The notes: a model not told the origin generated them from the sequence alone. A stretch of DNA of 54,267 nucleotides from an uncultured Acidobacteriota bacterium (GCA_964463145.1 CAYXBG010000001.1:1-54267), one strand, 5' to 3'. Shown: positions 8,358 through 18,651, numbered from the stretch's first letter. A program made the numbers and translations.

Positions 8358-9908
8358 TTAGCTGTCAACGGTAAGATAAGCGAATGGTGGCACACTTAAA
8401 GCCACAACATCATCTCCCCCTGTCAGTTCCCGACTCCTTCCTAGGGCGTGGGATAAGGTGGGCGCCCAAGAAACACCTAGTCGGCTCGCTACCCGATTAT
8501 CAGATGGCCCTACCAAGATGACATCAGACAGATAACGCAAAGGATAGGTTGCCCAATACCAGACTGTGAAGGGGTGAAATCCGTGATGCGCAAATCGATG
8601 ACGATAGGCTTCCAGGAGGTCCTTGTCGGTAGCAAAAGTCTCTTGAAACTGCTCTTGCATTTCGAATGGATCAGTGGTTGCAGGAAGAACCTCATCGTAA
8701 AAACGCTTATACGCAACATGGTACTCGTGATGGAAAAATTCAAATGCTGGATTAAGAATAATGACCACGCCATTCTTTTTTATAAAAGGCTTGCTGTAGA
8801 ACCAGTTGAAGATATATCCAAGCACATCACTTAAGACTAGTACGGGGTTGATACGCGTGCCTACCGAATAAGGACTTAGATCGGGGAGCCCAAAAACTAA
8901 TGTGTCGAATTGGCGGTCCACCTTCACCTCCAGCTGTTGCCTGAGTAGCGCTAGGGTCTCACCATGAACTGCGTCGATTGCACCAGCATTAATAGCCATG
9001 GGCTCATATGCTGACTTAATGGAGCTGAAAATTTTAAATCGGGAAGACTCAGGAAGGAGTTTCATGGAAAGAGGACTTGTTCTCCGAAGAGTTTTTTCAA
9101 GAAAATTGCACCGCTCAGCAGGCTTCGAAAGATACCGAACATGTGCTGGATAAGACTGCCCATTCATAGCAGCCTCAATCACCATAATCCTTGCGTGCTC
9201 TAGCACCACCTTACTGATTCGTTCGATCGAATCATGCATACAAGAGTTCTCAGGCTGCATGACATTTGGAGAATCGGCAGTCATATGAGGTGAATGATGA
9301 TGGGCAATTGTCCTGTAGCTTCCAAAACCCACAGACACACTTTTGTGGCCGCCATTAAGAGGTATTTGTACCGAGTCAACATAAATTACGAGATCGCAAT
9401 TTACTACCTCACGGCTAACTTCTACAATTTCGCCGTGATCAGTCTCGCCCAGCTCAACTAGATCATCGTGATCTTCAGCATCGAAGTTTTTGAGTTGGAG
9501 AGGGTAAAAGGCAGACATGATCCTTTTACCCAACATATAGGCAAGTTCATATTTCTTCATTTTACGGTGCAACGCAATGGCACAACGGAGCTGAATATTT
9601 TTCTCCTCAACTCCGTACGAGTAGAGAAGCTCAAGTAATCTCTCTATTACGATCTGCCTAATATCGGGCCGCCGCATAGGTGGGAAGGGTTGGCAGTTGT
9701 CGTCAAAAGCGATTAGGACCTTAGACTTACTACTAACCATCGCCTCCAGAGAAGGCATGCCCATCGGATTGTTTACAGCTCTCTCTAACTCATCCGGGAT
9801 CTGGGTTCTGGGAAGTCCAGCCATCGGGGGGGGTGCGTAGAGGACACTGGACTGGTCAGGCAAATTCGCATTGATGAGATTGTTCCCCGAGTATGTCAGA
9901 AATTTCAT
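8358..9908 (-). CDS. LarA-like (lactate racemase/DUF2088 family) protein, 516 aa
   Basis: LIAFDDNCQPFP, AIALHRKM and NGGHKSVSVGFGSYRTIAHHH match the order and spacing of LarA motifs (A.G.HR, GG.K, and the Ni-binding His 16 residues after the Lys). Confidence 0.75.
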   Translation of the reverse strand: MKFLTYSGNNLINANLPDQSSVLYAPPPMAGLPRTQIPDELERAVNNPMGMPSLEAMVSSKSKVLIAFDDNCQPFPPMRRPDIRQIVIERLLELLYSYGVEEKNIQLRCAIALHRKMKKYELAYMLGKRIMSAFYPLQLKNFDAEDHDDLVELGETDHGEIVEVSREVVNCDLVIYVDSVQIPLNGGHKSVSVGFGSYRTIAHHHSPHMTADSPNVMQPENSCMHDSIERISKVVLEHARIMVIEAAMNGQSYPAHVRYLSKPAERCNFLEKTLRRTSPLSMKLLPESSRFKIFSSIKSAYEPMAINAGAIDAVHGETLALLRQQLEVKVDRQFDTLVFGLPDLSPYSVGTRINPVLVLSDVLGYIFNWFYSKPFIKKNGVVIILNPAFEFFHHEYHVAYKRFYDEVLPATTDPFEMQEQFQETFATDKDLLEAYRHRFAHHGFHPFTVWYWATYPLRYLSDVILVGPSDNRVASRLGVSWAPTLSHALGRSRELTGGDDVVALSVPPFAYLTVDS

Positions 9909-10123
9909 CTAAACCACCTCATCTATTTCCAAAATTTTCCAAGTCAGAATAATCACAATGCAATCCTCTATATTCTATCCGAAAGGGCATCTGTGTCCAT
10001 TCACGATCAAAACTAAGAAAGTCCCCCTGGAAGAATATTGGAACCACAAGATATGATTGGTGGTCTCTCTTAATCTAAGACTACTAATTCGAGGATTCAA
10101 AAGCGCGAGTCTGGACCTATGCC

Positions 10124-11557
10124 ATGAACCTACATTTTAGCTTTTTGGTCGCTTATCTCTTGACTCTCCTATTCGTATCCTTGCTGGCCAGTCGGCAGAT
10201 CAAAACCCAGGAGGATTTTTCTGTCGCTGGTCGGAGTTTAAACACATTCGTTCTTTTTGGGACACTGCTGGCCACATGGATAGGAACTGGGAGTATTTTC
10301 GGAAATGCCGAGAAAACCTATCGGGTAGGCATAGCTGCTGTGATTATTCCAGCAGCAGCTATGGCGGGGATTTGCATATTGTACCTATTGGCCGGTCGTG
10401 CCAGGGGGTTGCGTGGTATCACCATCCAGGATCTTCTCGAAAAAAGGTATAACGCAGGAGCTCGGGTACTGGGCAGCATTTGCCTGATCATCGCCTACAC
10501 AACGATTGTGTCCTACCAATACCGGGCTGCAGGAGCAATTTTAAACTTAACTCTGCCAGATTTACCTGTGACCTGGGCGACTTTCCTGATATCCGTTTTT
10601 ATTGCCTTTTACACCTGCACTGCAGGGATGGTCTCTATCGCCAAAATCGGCGTTATCCAGGGTATTACGATGATTGCCGGTATCGCGATCGCATTACCGA
10701 TGCTTTTTTTGAAAGCTGGTGGACTCGAGGGCATGGCTGCGACTCTTCCCCCTTCTCATTTTGACCTTCTGGGGCCAATACCTTTTTGGGAGTCAATCGG
10801 AATCCTTTTACCCTCATTCCTGTTAATCCTGGGTGATGCCAACATGTATCAGCGTTTTTTCTCGGCTCGCAATGAAGGCACGGCTAAAAAAGCGGTCCTA
10901 TGGATGCTTTTCGGTGTGGCCTTTATGGAAATAGGAATAATTGTGACGGCCTGGGTGGCAAGCTCGCTGGAACCAAACCTTGCAATTCATGGCAGAGTCA
11001 TTGCCTTTGCTGCCAAGAATCACCTACCTGACCTGCTTGGTGCTTTCATGCTCACAACGATAATGGCCATAGTTTTGTCCACAGCGGGGAGCTACTTGTT
11101 GGCACCGGCCACATGTTTAGTCCGTGATATCTACCAGCGCTTTATCAATACCAATGCCTCAGAACGAGCATTAGTATTGATGCTACGCTTGTCCGTCCTT
11201 ACCCTTGGGGCTATAGCCTACCTTTTGTCTCTAGCTTCTGATGAATTCTTGGAAATCGCACTGCTTGCTTATACCATTTATGGAGCTGGTATCACGCCGG
11301 CCTTAATCGCTTCGTTTTACTGGCGCCGAGCCACCTCTGCGGGGGCTATGGCTTCAATCCTTTCTGGAACTATGGTCACCCTCTTCTGGCACATGTTCCA
11401 ACAACAACTGGGACCGCTGGGGCAAATACATGCTGTGGTCCCGGCTATTATGGCTTCTGTTTCAACTCTATTGATTGTTTCTTTACTGACCGACACTGAA
11501 GATCCAGCCAAAACCAACCCCTTCTTTGCGGAATCCGATTCAAAGAGGCGAGTGTGA
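10124..11557 (+). CDS. sodium:solute symporter (SSS family)
   Basis: FSVAGRSLN...ATWIGTGSIFG N-terminal SSS motif. Polytopic hydrophobic profile over 477 aa. Confidence 0.85.
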   Translation: MNLHFSFLVAYLLTLLFVSLLASRQIKTQEDFSVAGRSLNTFVLFGTLLATWIGTGSIFGNAEKTYRVGIAAVIIPAAAMAGICILYLLAGRARGLRGITIQDLLEKRYNAGARVLGSICLIIAYTTIVSYQYRAAGAILNLTLPDLPVTWATFLISVFIAFYTCTAGMVSIAKIGVIQGITMIAGIAIALPMLFLKAGGLEGMAATLPPSHFDLLGPIPFWESIGILLPSFLLILGDANMYQRFFSARNEGTAKKAVLWMLFGVAFMEIGIIVTAWVASSLEPNLAIHGRVIAFAAKNHLPDLLGAFMLTTIMAIVLSTAGSYLLAPATCLVRDIYQRFINTNASERALVLMLRLSVLTLGAIAYLLSLASDEFLEIALLAYTIYGAGITPALIASFYWRRATSAGAMASILSGTMVTLFWHMFQQQLGPLGQIHAVVPAIMASVSTLLIVSLLTDTEDPAKTNPFFAESDSKRRV

Positions 11558-11560
11558 TAT

Positions 11561-12514
11561 TTACCGCTCAAATCTACGCCTGAAAAGAGTCTGCAGCTTT
11601 CGGATTTCTCCAACCTCTAACTGAGATCTGCCTTCCAAAAATTCTTGGCGCCACTCCGACAGTCTCGCCTGAGAACATGCCCCCGAAAGACTGTCTTTTA
11701 GGCGATAGAATGCATCTGTGCACTTACCCATCAACTCGCTTATGCACTGGTAGGAAGTCCGGTGAATCGGAGATGGCCCCTTACGCCTGATAGCTTCTAG
11801 ATGCTGGGGTGTCGCGTAACCCTTATGCGTGGCCAATCCATAGCCTGGATACAGGAAATCCAGATCCACCATCAAAGAATCTCGTCTCGTTTTCGCCAGA
11901 ATCGACGCAGCAGCAATGGAAAAATGACGACTGTCTCCTTTAACAAAACACTCCTGTCGGATCTTAGTTTGAGGGACAACTCGTGCATCCACTAACAGGT
12001 AGTCCGGTCTCATGGGTAAATCCCTAACGGCCCTTTTTAAAGCCTGTAGACTAGCCTGGTAGACATTAATACTATCAATCTCCTCAACCTGTGCGATCCC
12101 GATTCCAATACCTGCAGCTCGCTGATTAATCTCTACTAATAAATCTTGCCGCGTCTTTTCATCTAAACGCTTCGAATCGTCAACTCCTAGAATCTTTACG
12201 CCTGGAGAAAAAACCACAGCTGCAGCCACTACAGGCCCGGCCACAGTACCAACCCCTGATTCATCCACACCAGCGATCATTTGATACCCTTCAGCTCGAA
12301 GTGATTCTTCTAGCTTCAGTAACTGCCCACAGCGCCTTTCCCTCTCTTTTCTAGCTGCTTCTCTGTTCTCAATTGCTCTGCAGATCTGCCTTACTCCTCG
12401 GCGGCCATCTGACCTGAGTTTCTCAAGAACACCACGAGAAGGGATAACGCCGTTTCCTAGATATTCCTGGCGGAGTTGCGCAACTGTAGTCTTGGAAATT
12501 TTCTCAGTCAGCAT
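11561..12514 (-). CDS. rnhB: ribonuclease HII with N- and C-terminal extensions
   Basis: IAGVDESGVGTVAGPVVAAAVVF...DDSKRL...ASILAK...GYGLATHKGY. The start is taken at ATG 12514 (MLTEKIS...), not at the longer tracked ORF start 12619. Confidence 0.85.
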   Translation of the reverse strand: MLTEKISKTTVAQLRQEYLGNGVIPSRGVLEKLRSDGRRGVRQICRAIENREAARKERERRCGQLLKLEESLRAEGYQMIAGVDESGVGTVAGPVVAAAVVFSPGVKILGVDDSKRLDEKTRQDLLVEINQRAAGIGIGIAQVEEIDSINVYQASLQALKRAVRDLPMRPDYLLVDARVVPQTKIRQECFVKGDSRHFSIAAASILAKTRRDSLMVDLDFLYPGYGLATHKGYATPQHLEAIRRKGPSPIHRTSYQCISELMGKCTDAFYRLKDSLSGACSQARLSEWRQEFLEGRSQLEVGEIRKLQTLFRRRFER

Positions 12515-12747
12515 ATCGATATTCTGTCTTCCTCCCCTGGCCGACCATAACCATGAGCCGGCAAGGTATCCTGCCCACCTTTGGAGAAGAATGTATTTCC
12601 AGGCATGCCAGTACAACAATTATAATAGGCTGTGATGAAAACTAAAGCTGCGACTAACTTTAAAGGCTTACCGCGAGTGAACATTCCCTTTAGCCCCTCC
12701 CATAAGGCTTCAGGCAAAATCGCCAGAAAGCTAGAGGAGGACCCACT

Positions 12748-13494
12748 GTGAACTCTCGGCCAGTTGCTTCTTCCGACTTCTCTTTTTGGCAAGAACTCAA
12801 GATTCGCCTAATCTCGTGCTTTGCTTGGGTGCTGGTCTGGATTATCAACTCGACAGTTCGTCTTCAGGTTAAAGACATGGATAATTTGGAAAAAGCAGCC
12901 AGTGAAGGCGGAGTTATTTTCTGTTTTTTCCATAATCAGATTTTCAGTTGGAGTCATGCTGGACGCTTCCGGGATATTGTGGTGATAACTAGTCGTCATT
13001 TTGACGGCGAGTACATCGCTAGAATGATTCATCTTTTCGGCTTCGGTACAGCCAGAGGATCAACTAGTCGCGGATCCGTATCGGCTCTCCTTAAGCTAAA
13101 GGGATTCCTGGAAAAAGGAACGGATGTAGCTTTTACAATCGACGGACCCAGAGGACCTCGTTACAAGGTCAAGGCTGGTCCCCTCTGGCTTTCTATGAAA
13201 ACCGGTTACCCTATCCTGCCAATTCATATACAACCACGCCATTATTGGCAGCTTCGCAGCTGGGATCGGTTTCGAATTCCTCGACCGTTCACCCAGGTCG
13301 TAGCTCTTTTTGGAGAACCTATGGTGGTGCCCTGCGATGCCAAACCCCAAGTTTGGCTGCCCTCTTTACAAGCCGCCATGAATTCTCTTCGTGCCGATGC
13401 TGATCAATTTGACTGGTCAGAATTTCAAGGCAACTGGACTAATAGAAAAAATCACTCCTATTCGTACCGAGCAAAAGACCCAGAAAATACTTAG
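12748..13494 (+). CDS. DUF374-type lysophospholipid acyltransferase family protein
   Basis: SRHFDGEYIARMIHLFGFGTARGSTSRG...FTIDGPRGPRYKVKAGPLWLS matches the DUF374 core. Confidence 0.75.
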   Translation: MNSRPVASSDFSFWQELKIRLISCFAWVLVWIINSTVRLQVKDMDNLEKAASEGGVIFCFFHNQIFSWSHAGRFRDIVVITSRHFDGEYIARMIHLFGFGTARGSTSRGSVSALLKLKGFLEKGTDVAFTIDGPRGPRYKVKAGPLWLSMKTGYPILPIHIQPRHYWQLRSWDRFRIPRPFTQVVALFGEPMVVPCDAKPQVWLPSLQAAMNSLRADADQFDWSEFQGNWTNRKNHSYSYRAKDPENT

Positions 13495-13632
13495 AGAAAA
13501 ACACTGAACAGTCATAGTAGTTAGTGTAGTCTGTTCTAACTCAAAACACGTTTCATCTCGAATTGGAATGTCTTGTTAATATGGGAATCTCAAACGGATT
13601 GACCCCATAGATTCCTTGTAGTAGTTGTTTTT

Positions 13633-15927
13633 TTGGCCATTCTGGCCCCGAAAGGACTTTTGCATTTTTTAAGTGAGATTCGATTACAGCCGTTGTCATG
13701 GCTCCCGAGACTGTTGGTGGTTCTCGCCCTTTGGCCTTTCGCATTAACTGCAAATCAAGAGAACGACAAGCCGCGCACTATCATTGATTTTAATGGACCA
13801 CCTCCCTCCGCTCTTGCACACAGAGGAGAAATTCGCCCAGAACTAGATGGGAACGTTCTCGAAGATCCCGCCTGGTCTAATGTCAAGCCAGTGTCGGGTT
13901 TTTGGCAAAGTCGACCGGATCCTGGTTTTGCATCCACCGAAAAAACCGAAGTCCGCATCCTATACACAAGCGATACGCTTTTTTTTGGAGTCGTCTGTTA
14001 CGACAAAACCCCTGAAGGAATAATTGTTTCTGATAGTCGACGAGACTCTCCTCTCGTTGAGACCGATAGCTTTCAGATAATACTCGACACATACCATGAT
14101 CGGCAGAATGGTTTCTTGTTCGGCACCAATCCAGCCGCTGTTGAATATGATGTACAAATCTCTAACGAGGGTGGAGGACGCATCTGGGGGCGAGGTCGGA
14201 CGCAAGGCGGTTCTGGTGGAGGGTTTAACATCAACTGGGATGGCAGTTGGAATGTTGCGACCAGTATTAGTGAGATCGGATGGAGCGCTGAGTTTGCAAT
14301 TCCTTTCAAAACGTTACGTTACCCACAAAAAGAAAACCAAACCTGGGGAATCAATTTTCAGCGCAACATAAGACGCCACAATGAAGTCGCATACTGGGCA
14401 CCGCTGGACGGCCAGTATCGAATCTATCGCTTGTCCCAAGCAGGACGGTTGGAAAACTTGCAAATTTCCCGTCAGGAAAGTCTAAAAATCACGCCTTATG
14501 CACTGAGTGTACTCAGAGATCAAGGCGAGTTGGAGGCGGACTGGCAGGGGGACTGGGGTGTTGACGTAAAGTACAGCCTGACACCAAGCTTGACTTTAGA
14601 TGCCACATACAACACCGATTTCGCCCAAGTAGAAGTGGATGAACAGCAGATCAACCTAGACCGATTCAGCCTCTTCTTCCCAGAAAAACGTCCGTTCTTC
14701 CTTGAGAATGCCGGTCTTTTTTCCGTGGGAGATAGTGGTGAAGCTGAACTCTTCTTTTCCCGACGTATAGGCATCTCAAAGTCAGGAACCCCCATTCCAC
14801 TCCTGGGTGGTGGCCGCCTTACAGGCAAAGTTTCAGGTTTTAACGTTGGCCTTCTCAGTATGCAGACTGAATCAGTAGATGATTCCAACCCGGGGACCAA
14901 TTTCTCAGTCGGACGGATCAGCCGCGAGCTCCCCAATCGGTCCAGCTTCGGTGCAATCGTAATTAACCGACAATCATCCAATTCTGCGGTTTCCGACGAT
15001 CACAATCGAACTTACGGATTTGATGGGCGCATGGGACTTGGGCAGTATGGGATCCTCGAAGGATTCTTGGCCAAGACAGCGACCCCTGGACTTACGGGCA
15101 ATGATTTGGCCTTCAAGATCCGCTCAGAGTACAACTCCTCTAGGTGGCGTTTCAATGCTAGCTACTCCGACTTAGGAGAAGACTTCAACCCCGAGGTAGG
15201 ATTTCTTAGACGCAAGGGTGGCTATCGAAAGTTTGTAGGCACTATTTATCACCGATTCAAGCCTGATTTCCTGGGTTTTTATGAGATTAGGCCCCATGTT
15301 TTCTACACCAGTTACTGGGATCGGGAGGGAGCCCAACAGTCGGGTCGCACACACATAGACGCCCACTGGGAATGGCGCAACGGTTACCGGATTGACACCG
15401 GCATGAATTTGACTCAGGAAGGAGTAAAGGAGTCCTTTGAGATCTTCCCGGGGGTAACCGTACCTGATGGATCCTACGAACATAAGGAGGCACAGCTCAG
15501 ATTTCACACAGACAGAGGCCGACAATTGAGTTTCAGCACTTTCAGTAAGATTGGAGGGTTCTTCGGAGGCACTAGAACTAACATGCAACCATCACTGACT
15601 TTCAGAACCAGTGATGCTTTCAATGCCACTATGGCCTGGGGCTATAACTACATAGCTCTTCCAAACGGAGAGTTCCAAACCAATCTGCTAAGCGTACGGA
15701 GCGCCTATTCCTTTACTCCGCGTCTCTACCTGCAGGCACTCATACAATATAACGACCGGGCCGATCTCTGGTCCAACAACCTGCGTTTTGGTTGGCTGAG
15801 TGAGGCCAATACGGGCCTTTTCCTAGTCTACAACGACACCCGAGGACTCGCAGGATTAGATTCTAATCTTATTCCCGACCGTAGCATTACTGTTAAGTAT
15901 TCCCGCCTCTTTGACCTCTTCAACTGA
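13633..15927 (+). CDS. large secreted/outer-membrane-associated protein (CBM9/DOMON-like N-domain plus DUF5916-like beta-rich domain)
   Basis: TTG start followed by a signal-like segment. The N-domain has the W..V.P...F motif and TEVRILYTSDTLFFGVVCYD. The C-terminus ends in an aromatic residue pattern (RLFDLFN). The family name is from recollection only. Confidence 0.6.
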   Translation: MAILAPKGLLHFLSEIRLQPLSWLPRLLVVLALWPFALTANQENDKPRTIIDFNGPPPSALAHRGEIRPELDGNVLEDPAWSNVKPVSGFWQSRPDPGFASTEKTEVRILYTSDTLFFGVVCYDKTPEGIIVSDSRRDSPLVETDSFQIILDTYHDRQNGFLFGTNPAAVEYDVQISNEGGGRIWGRGRTQGGSGGGFNINWDGSWNVATSISEIGWSAEFAIPFKTLRYPQKENQTWGINFQRNIRRHNEVAYWAPLDGQYRIYRLSQAGRLENLQISRQESLKITPYALSVLRDQGELEADWQGDWGVDVKYSLTPSLTLDATYNTDFAQVEVDEQQINLDRFSLFFPEKRPFFLENAGLFSVGDSGEAELFFSRRIGISKSGTPIPLLGGGRLTGKVSGFNVGLLSMQTESVDDSNPGTNFSVGRISRELPNRSSFGAIVINRQSSNSAVSDDHNRTYGFDGRMGLGQYGILEGFLAKTATPGLTGNDLAFKIRSEYNSSRWRFNASYSDLGEDFNPEVGFLRRKGGYRKFVGTIYHRFKPDFLGFYEIRPHVFYTSYWDREGAQQSGRTHIDAHWEWRNGYRIDTGMNLTQEGVKESFEIFPGVTVPDGSYEHKEAQLRFHTDRGRQLSFSTFSKIGGFFGGTRTNMQPSLTFRTSDAFNATMAWGYNYIALPNGEFQTNLLSVRSAYSFTPRLYLQALIQYNDRADLWSNNLRFGWLSEANTGLFLVYNDTRGLAGLDSNLIPDRSITVKYSRLFDLFN

Positions 15928-16029
15928 ACTTGAAGTCTGTAAAACTCTCATCTTTCTGCAAGCACAATGTTCGAGGACTCAAAGCTGAGTTATACTTACC
16001 GAAGATGGCACAGTGCAGGGAAACCGCCC

Positions 16030-17193
16030 ATGAAAAAAGTAATCGGACATTTAGCACTTTTTGGGGGGCTACTCTTCTCAGCAAATTGTTCAAAGACTTC
16101 AATCGAAACCACATCCGATGCTATGAGTAGTGTCAGTAGCGATCCATGGGGACAGACCAATGACGGTAGAGCCGTCTCACTCCATACCCTGAAAAACAGT
16201 TCTGGATTAACAGCAAAAATCACTGACTTCGGGGCATTACTTGTGGAACTGCATGCACCTGATCGGGAAGGGGTATTCGAGGACATTGTCCTTGGTTTTG
16301 ACCAATTGGAGCCTTACTTTGAAAATCCCGCCTACTTCGGTTGCACAACCGGTCGAGTAGCTAACCGAATAGCAGGAGGAAAATTCTCTCTCAACGGCCA
16401 AGCTTACCAACTTGCAACCAACCTTGACGGCAAACACCACCTACACGGTGGAAATATAGGATTGGATAAACGCCTCTGGGATGGGAGCACCAACATCGTT
16501 GACGGAGTTCCTTCCGCGACATTTACATATATCAGCCCTGATGGCGAAGAGGGGTATCCTGGGAACCTATCAATACAAGTAACTTATCTACTGACAGAAG
16601 ACAATCAACTTCGCATTGAATATCGGGCAACTAGCGACCGCTCCACACCTGTCAATCTAACCAATCATTCTTACTTCAATCTGGCTGGGACAGACGAAGG
16701 AACGATTCTCAACCATGAACTTTTACTGATGGCAAACAGTTACACCGAAATGGACAACGACCTCATCCCCACCGGCAAGATCAGCACGGTTGAGAAAACA
16801 CCTCTAGACTTCAGAAATTCAACCCCGATTGGAGATCGCATCCACCAGCTTCCCCCACAGCCAGAGTTCCGGAATCCAGGCGGTTACGACCACAATATGG
16901 TACTGAACGATTACACCGGAGCCCTCTCTCTAGCTGCACGAGTCTACGAACCCAGTTCTGGAAGAATTATGGAAGTGTTCACCACTGAGCCTGCAATGCA
17001 ACTTTATACGGGCAACTTTTTAGATGGAACCATCATCGGCAAGAATGGAGTTGTCTACGAGAAACACTTTGGGCTCTGTATAGAAACTCAACACTACCCT
17101 GACTCTGTCAACCGGCCAGAGTTCCCATCAACAATCTTAGATCCTGACGAGATATATGCTACTGCAACGACTTTCAAATTTTCGACCGATTAA
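16030..17193 (+). CDS. galM: aldose 1-epimerase (galactose mutarotase), lipoprotein signal
   Basis: GRVANRIAGGKF...HLHGG...NLTNHSYFNL...CIETQHYPDS are mutarotase signatures. Start chosen at ATG 16030 (MKKVIGHLALFGGLLFSANC). Confidence 0.85.
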   Translation: MKKVIGHLALFGGLLFSANCSKTSIETTSDAMSSVSSDPWGQTNDGRAVSLHTLKNSSGLTAKITDFGALLVELHAPDREGVFEDIVLGFDQLEPYFENPAYFGCTTGRVANRIAGGKFSLNGQAYQLATNLDGKHHLHGGNIGLDKRLWDGSTNIVDGVPSATFTYISPDGEEGYPGNLSIQVTYLLTEDNQLRIEYRATSDRSTPVNLTNHSYFNLAGTDEGTILNHELLLMANSYTEMDNDLIPTGKISTVEKTPLDFRNSTPIGDRIHQLPPQPEFRNPGGYDHNMVLNDYTGALSLAARVYEPSSGRIMEVFTTEPAMQLYTGNFLDGTIIGKNGVVYEKHFGLCIETQHYPDSVNRPEFPSTILDPDEIYATATTFKFSTD

Positions 17194-17282
17194 AAAAACA
17201 AAAGCGTTCGATCAAAACATTCTGGTGTCAGGCAGAATAAATATAGCGAGAGCAACCTAAAACTCCGACAACCCGGCTTGAT

Positions 17283-18425
17283 TCACAGGCCGACCTGCCG
17301 TATTCGGTCAACTGTCTCTGGAATGACTTGCAGGGCGTAATCGATTTCTTCGTGCTTTGTCATTCGACTCAGGCTGAAGCGGATAGCCCCTTTGATTCTA
17401 TCTTCGGACATCTTCATCGATTGTAAAACGTGTGAGGGCTCCAAGGAACCAGATGCGCAAGCAGCTCCAGTCGAGACAGAAATTCCTTTGAAATCTAAAG
17501 CTATGAGGAGAGCCTCACCCTCCACACCACTAAAGCTGATGTTAGTAGTGTGAGGGCAGCGTTGATCGGTATCACCGTTAACCTTAGCACCTTTGATCTG
17601 CTCTAAAAGACCCTTTTCCAGTCGGTCTCTTAGCAATCTCACTTGGCTCATTTCACCCAACCGACTCCTGGCAAGATGGCAGGCCTCACCAAGGCCGACA
17701 ATACCAGGAACATTTTCGGTTCCTGCACGTCGTTGACGCTCATGCGAACCGCCCAACAGAAAGGGCGCCAAATTTACCGAATCCCGGATGAAAAGGACGC
17801 CGACACCCTTTGGTCCATGGAACTTGTGGCCCGACAAAGCAAGCAGATCGACCCCTAGTTGCCTAACATCGACATCGATTTTGCCAACTGCCTGGACAGC
17901 ATCTGTGTGAAAAAGTACACCATGCCGCTTGGCTAACTGTCCGATCTGTTCAATTGGCTGAATCGTCCCAACTTCATTATTGATACACATTATGGAAATC
18001 AGGACTGTTTCATTCCTGAGAGCGGACTCGACTTGCTCCACACTAACAAGTCCATCCGGACTGCCTGGCAAGAAGGTCACATCGATGCCCCATCCACGCA
18101 ACACATCACATGTTTTCAATACCGCAGGGTGTTCTAGACTCGATGTTACGATATGAGCAGGCTTATTCCAAAAGCGCCGGGCCACCCCCAAGATAGCGCT
18201 ATTATCCGCCTCCGTTCCACCACTCGTAAAGACAATTTCCCGGGGACGGGCACCTAATAATTTGGCAACCTCAGATCGTGCAATCTCTACCGCGGATCGA
18301 GCATCTTGTCCTAGTGCATGAATGGATGAGGCATTACCAAACTGATTCAAAAAAAAGGGCCGCATGGATTCCAGAACCTTAGGATCCATTGGGCTCGTTG
18401 CATTGTTGTCCAGGTAGACTCCCAT
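17283..18425 (-). CDS. cysteine desulfurase (NifS/IscS class V aminotransferase)
   Basis: YLDNNATSP...FTSGGTEADN...SGHKFHGPKGVG (PLP Lys)...STGAACASG (active-site Cys loop). Confidence 0.9.
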   Translation of the reverse strand: MGVYLDNNATSPMDPKVLESMRPFFLNQFGNASSIHALGQDARSAVEIARSEVAKLLGARPREIVFTSGGTEADNSAILGVARRFWNKPAHIVTSSLEHPAVLKTCDVLRGWGIDVTFLPGSPDGLVSVEQVESALRNETVLISIMCINNEVGTIQPIEQIGQLAKRHGVLFHTDAVQAVGKIDVDVRQLGVDLLALSGHKFHGPKGVGVLFIRDSVNLAPFLLGGSHERQRRAGTENVPGIVGLGEACHLARSRLGEMSQVRLLRDRLEKGLLEQIKGAKVNGDTDQRCPHTTNISFSGVEGEALLIALDFKGISVSTGAACASGSLEPSHVLQSMKMSEDRIKGAIRFSLSRMTKHEEIDYALQVIPETVDRIRQVGL

Positions 18426-18605
18426 GTGAATATATTACCATCCAGAATTGTTTCCGTGGCAGCCACAAATACACTCCTGACTAACTCAATTCAGTTCTCC
18501 AGCCTCTGATCAATTAAATTCCTTTACAACATCATCAACGCGTTTCTCAGCCACAGACGTCAAGAATTAGCTGCCAGGTGTCCTAAAAGACCTGTAGGGG
18601 CAGCC

Positions 18606-18634
18606 TTGCGAGCACCCGATAATCTAAGTAGAAT
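18606..18634 (+). promoter_or_regulatory. candidate sigma70-type promoter for tRNA-Phe
   Basis: TTGCGA (18606-18611), a 17-nt spacer, then TAGAAT (18629-18634). The hexamers end 17 nt upstream of the mature tRNA 5' end. Confidence 0.4.
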
Positions 18635-18651
18635 ACAACTCTTTCTGTCCT

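Noticed and set aside
9826-9833. G8-G9 homopolymer runs inside coding regions (9826-9833 in the LarA-like gene, 37359-37366 in DAHP synthase, 48425-48433 in the TonB receptor) as possible phase-variation switches.
   Set aside because: They encode conserved Pro-Pro-Pro or Gly-Gly residues in frame. Two are in housekeeping or central enzymes, and nothing suggests contingency loci. They are worth noting only as positions prone to sequencing indels.
11561-12619. Longest-ORF starts for rnhB (12619), M23 peptidase (41611), the YkoF-like gene (41691), the small ORF (6843), galM (15967) and the FG-GAP protein (52018).
   Set aside because: The N-terminal extensions overlap neighbouring genes or precede obvious signal peptides or conserved N-termini. 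Internal starts with SD-like sequences or 4-nt stop/start overlaps fit better.
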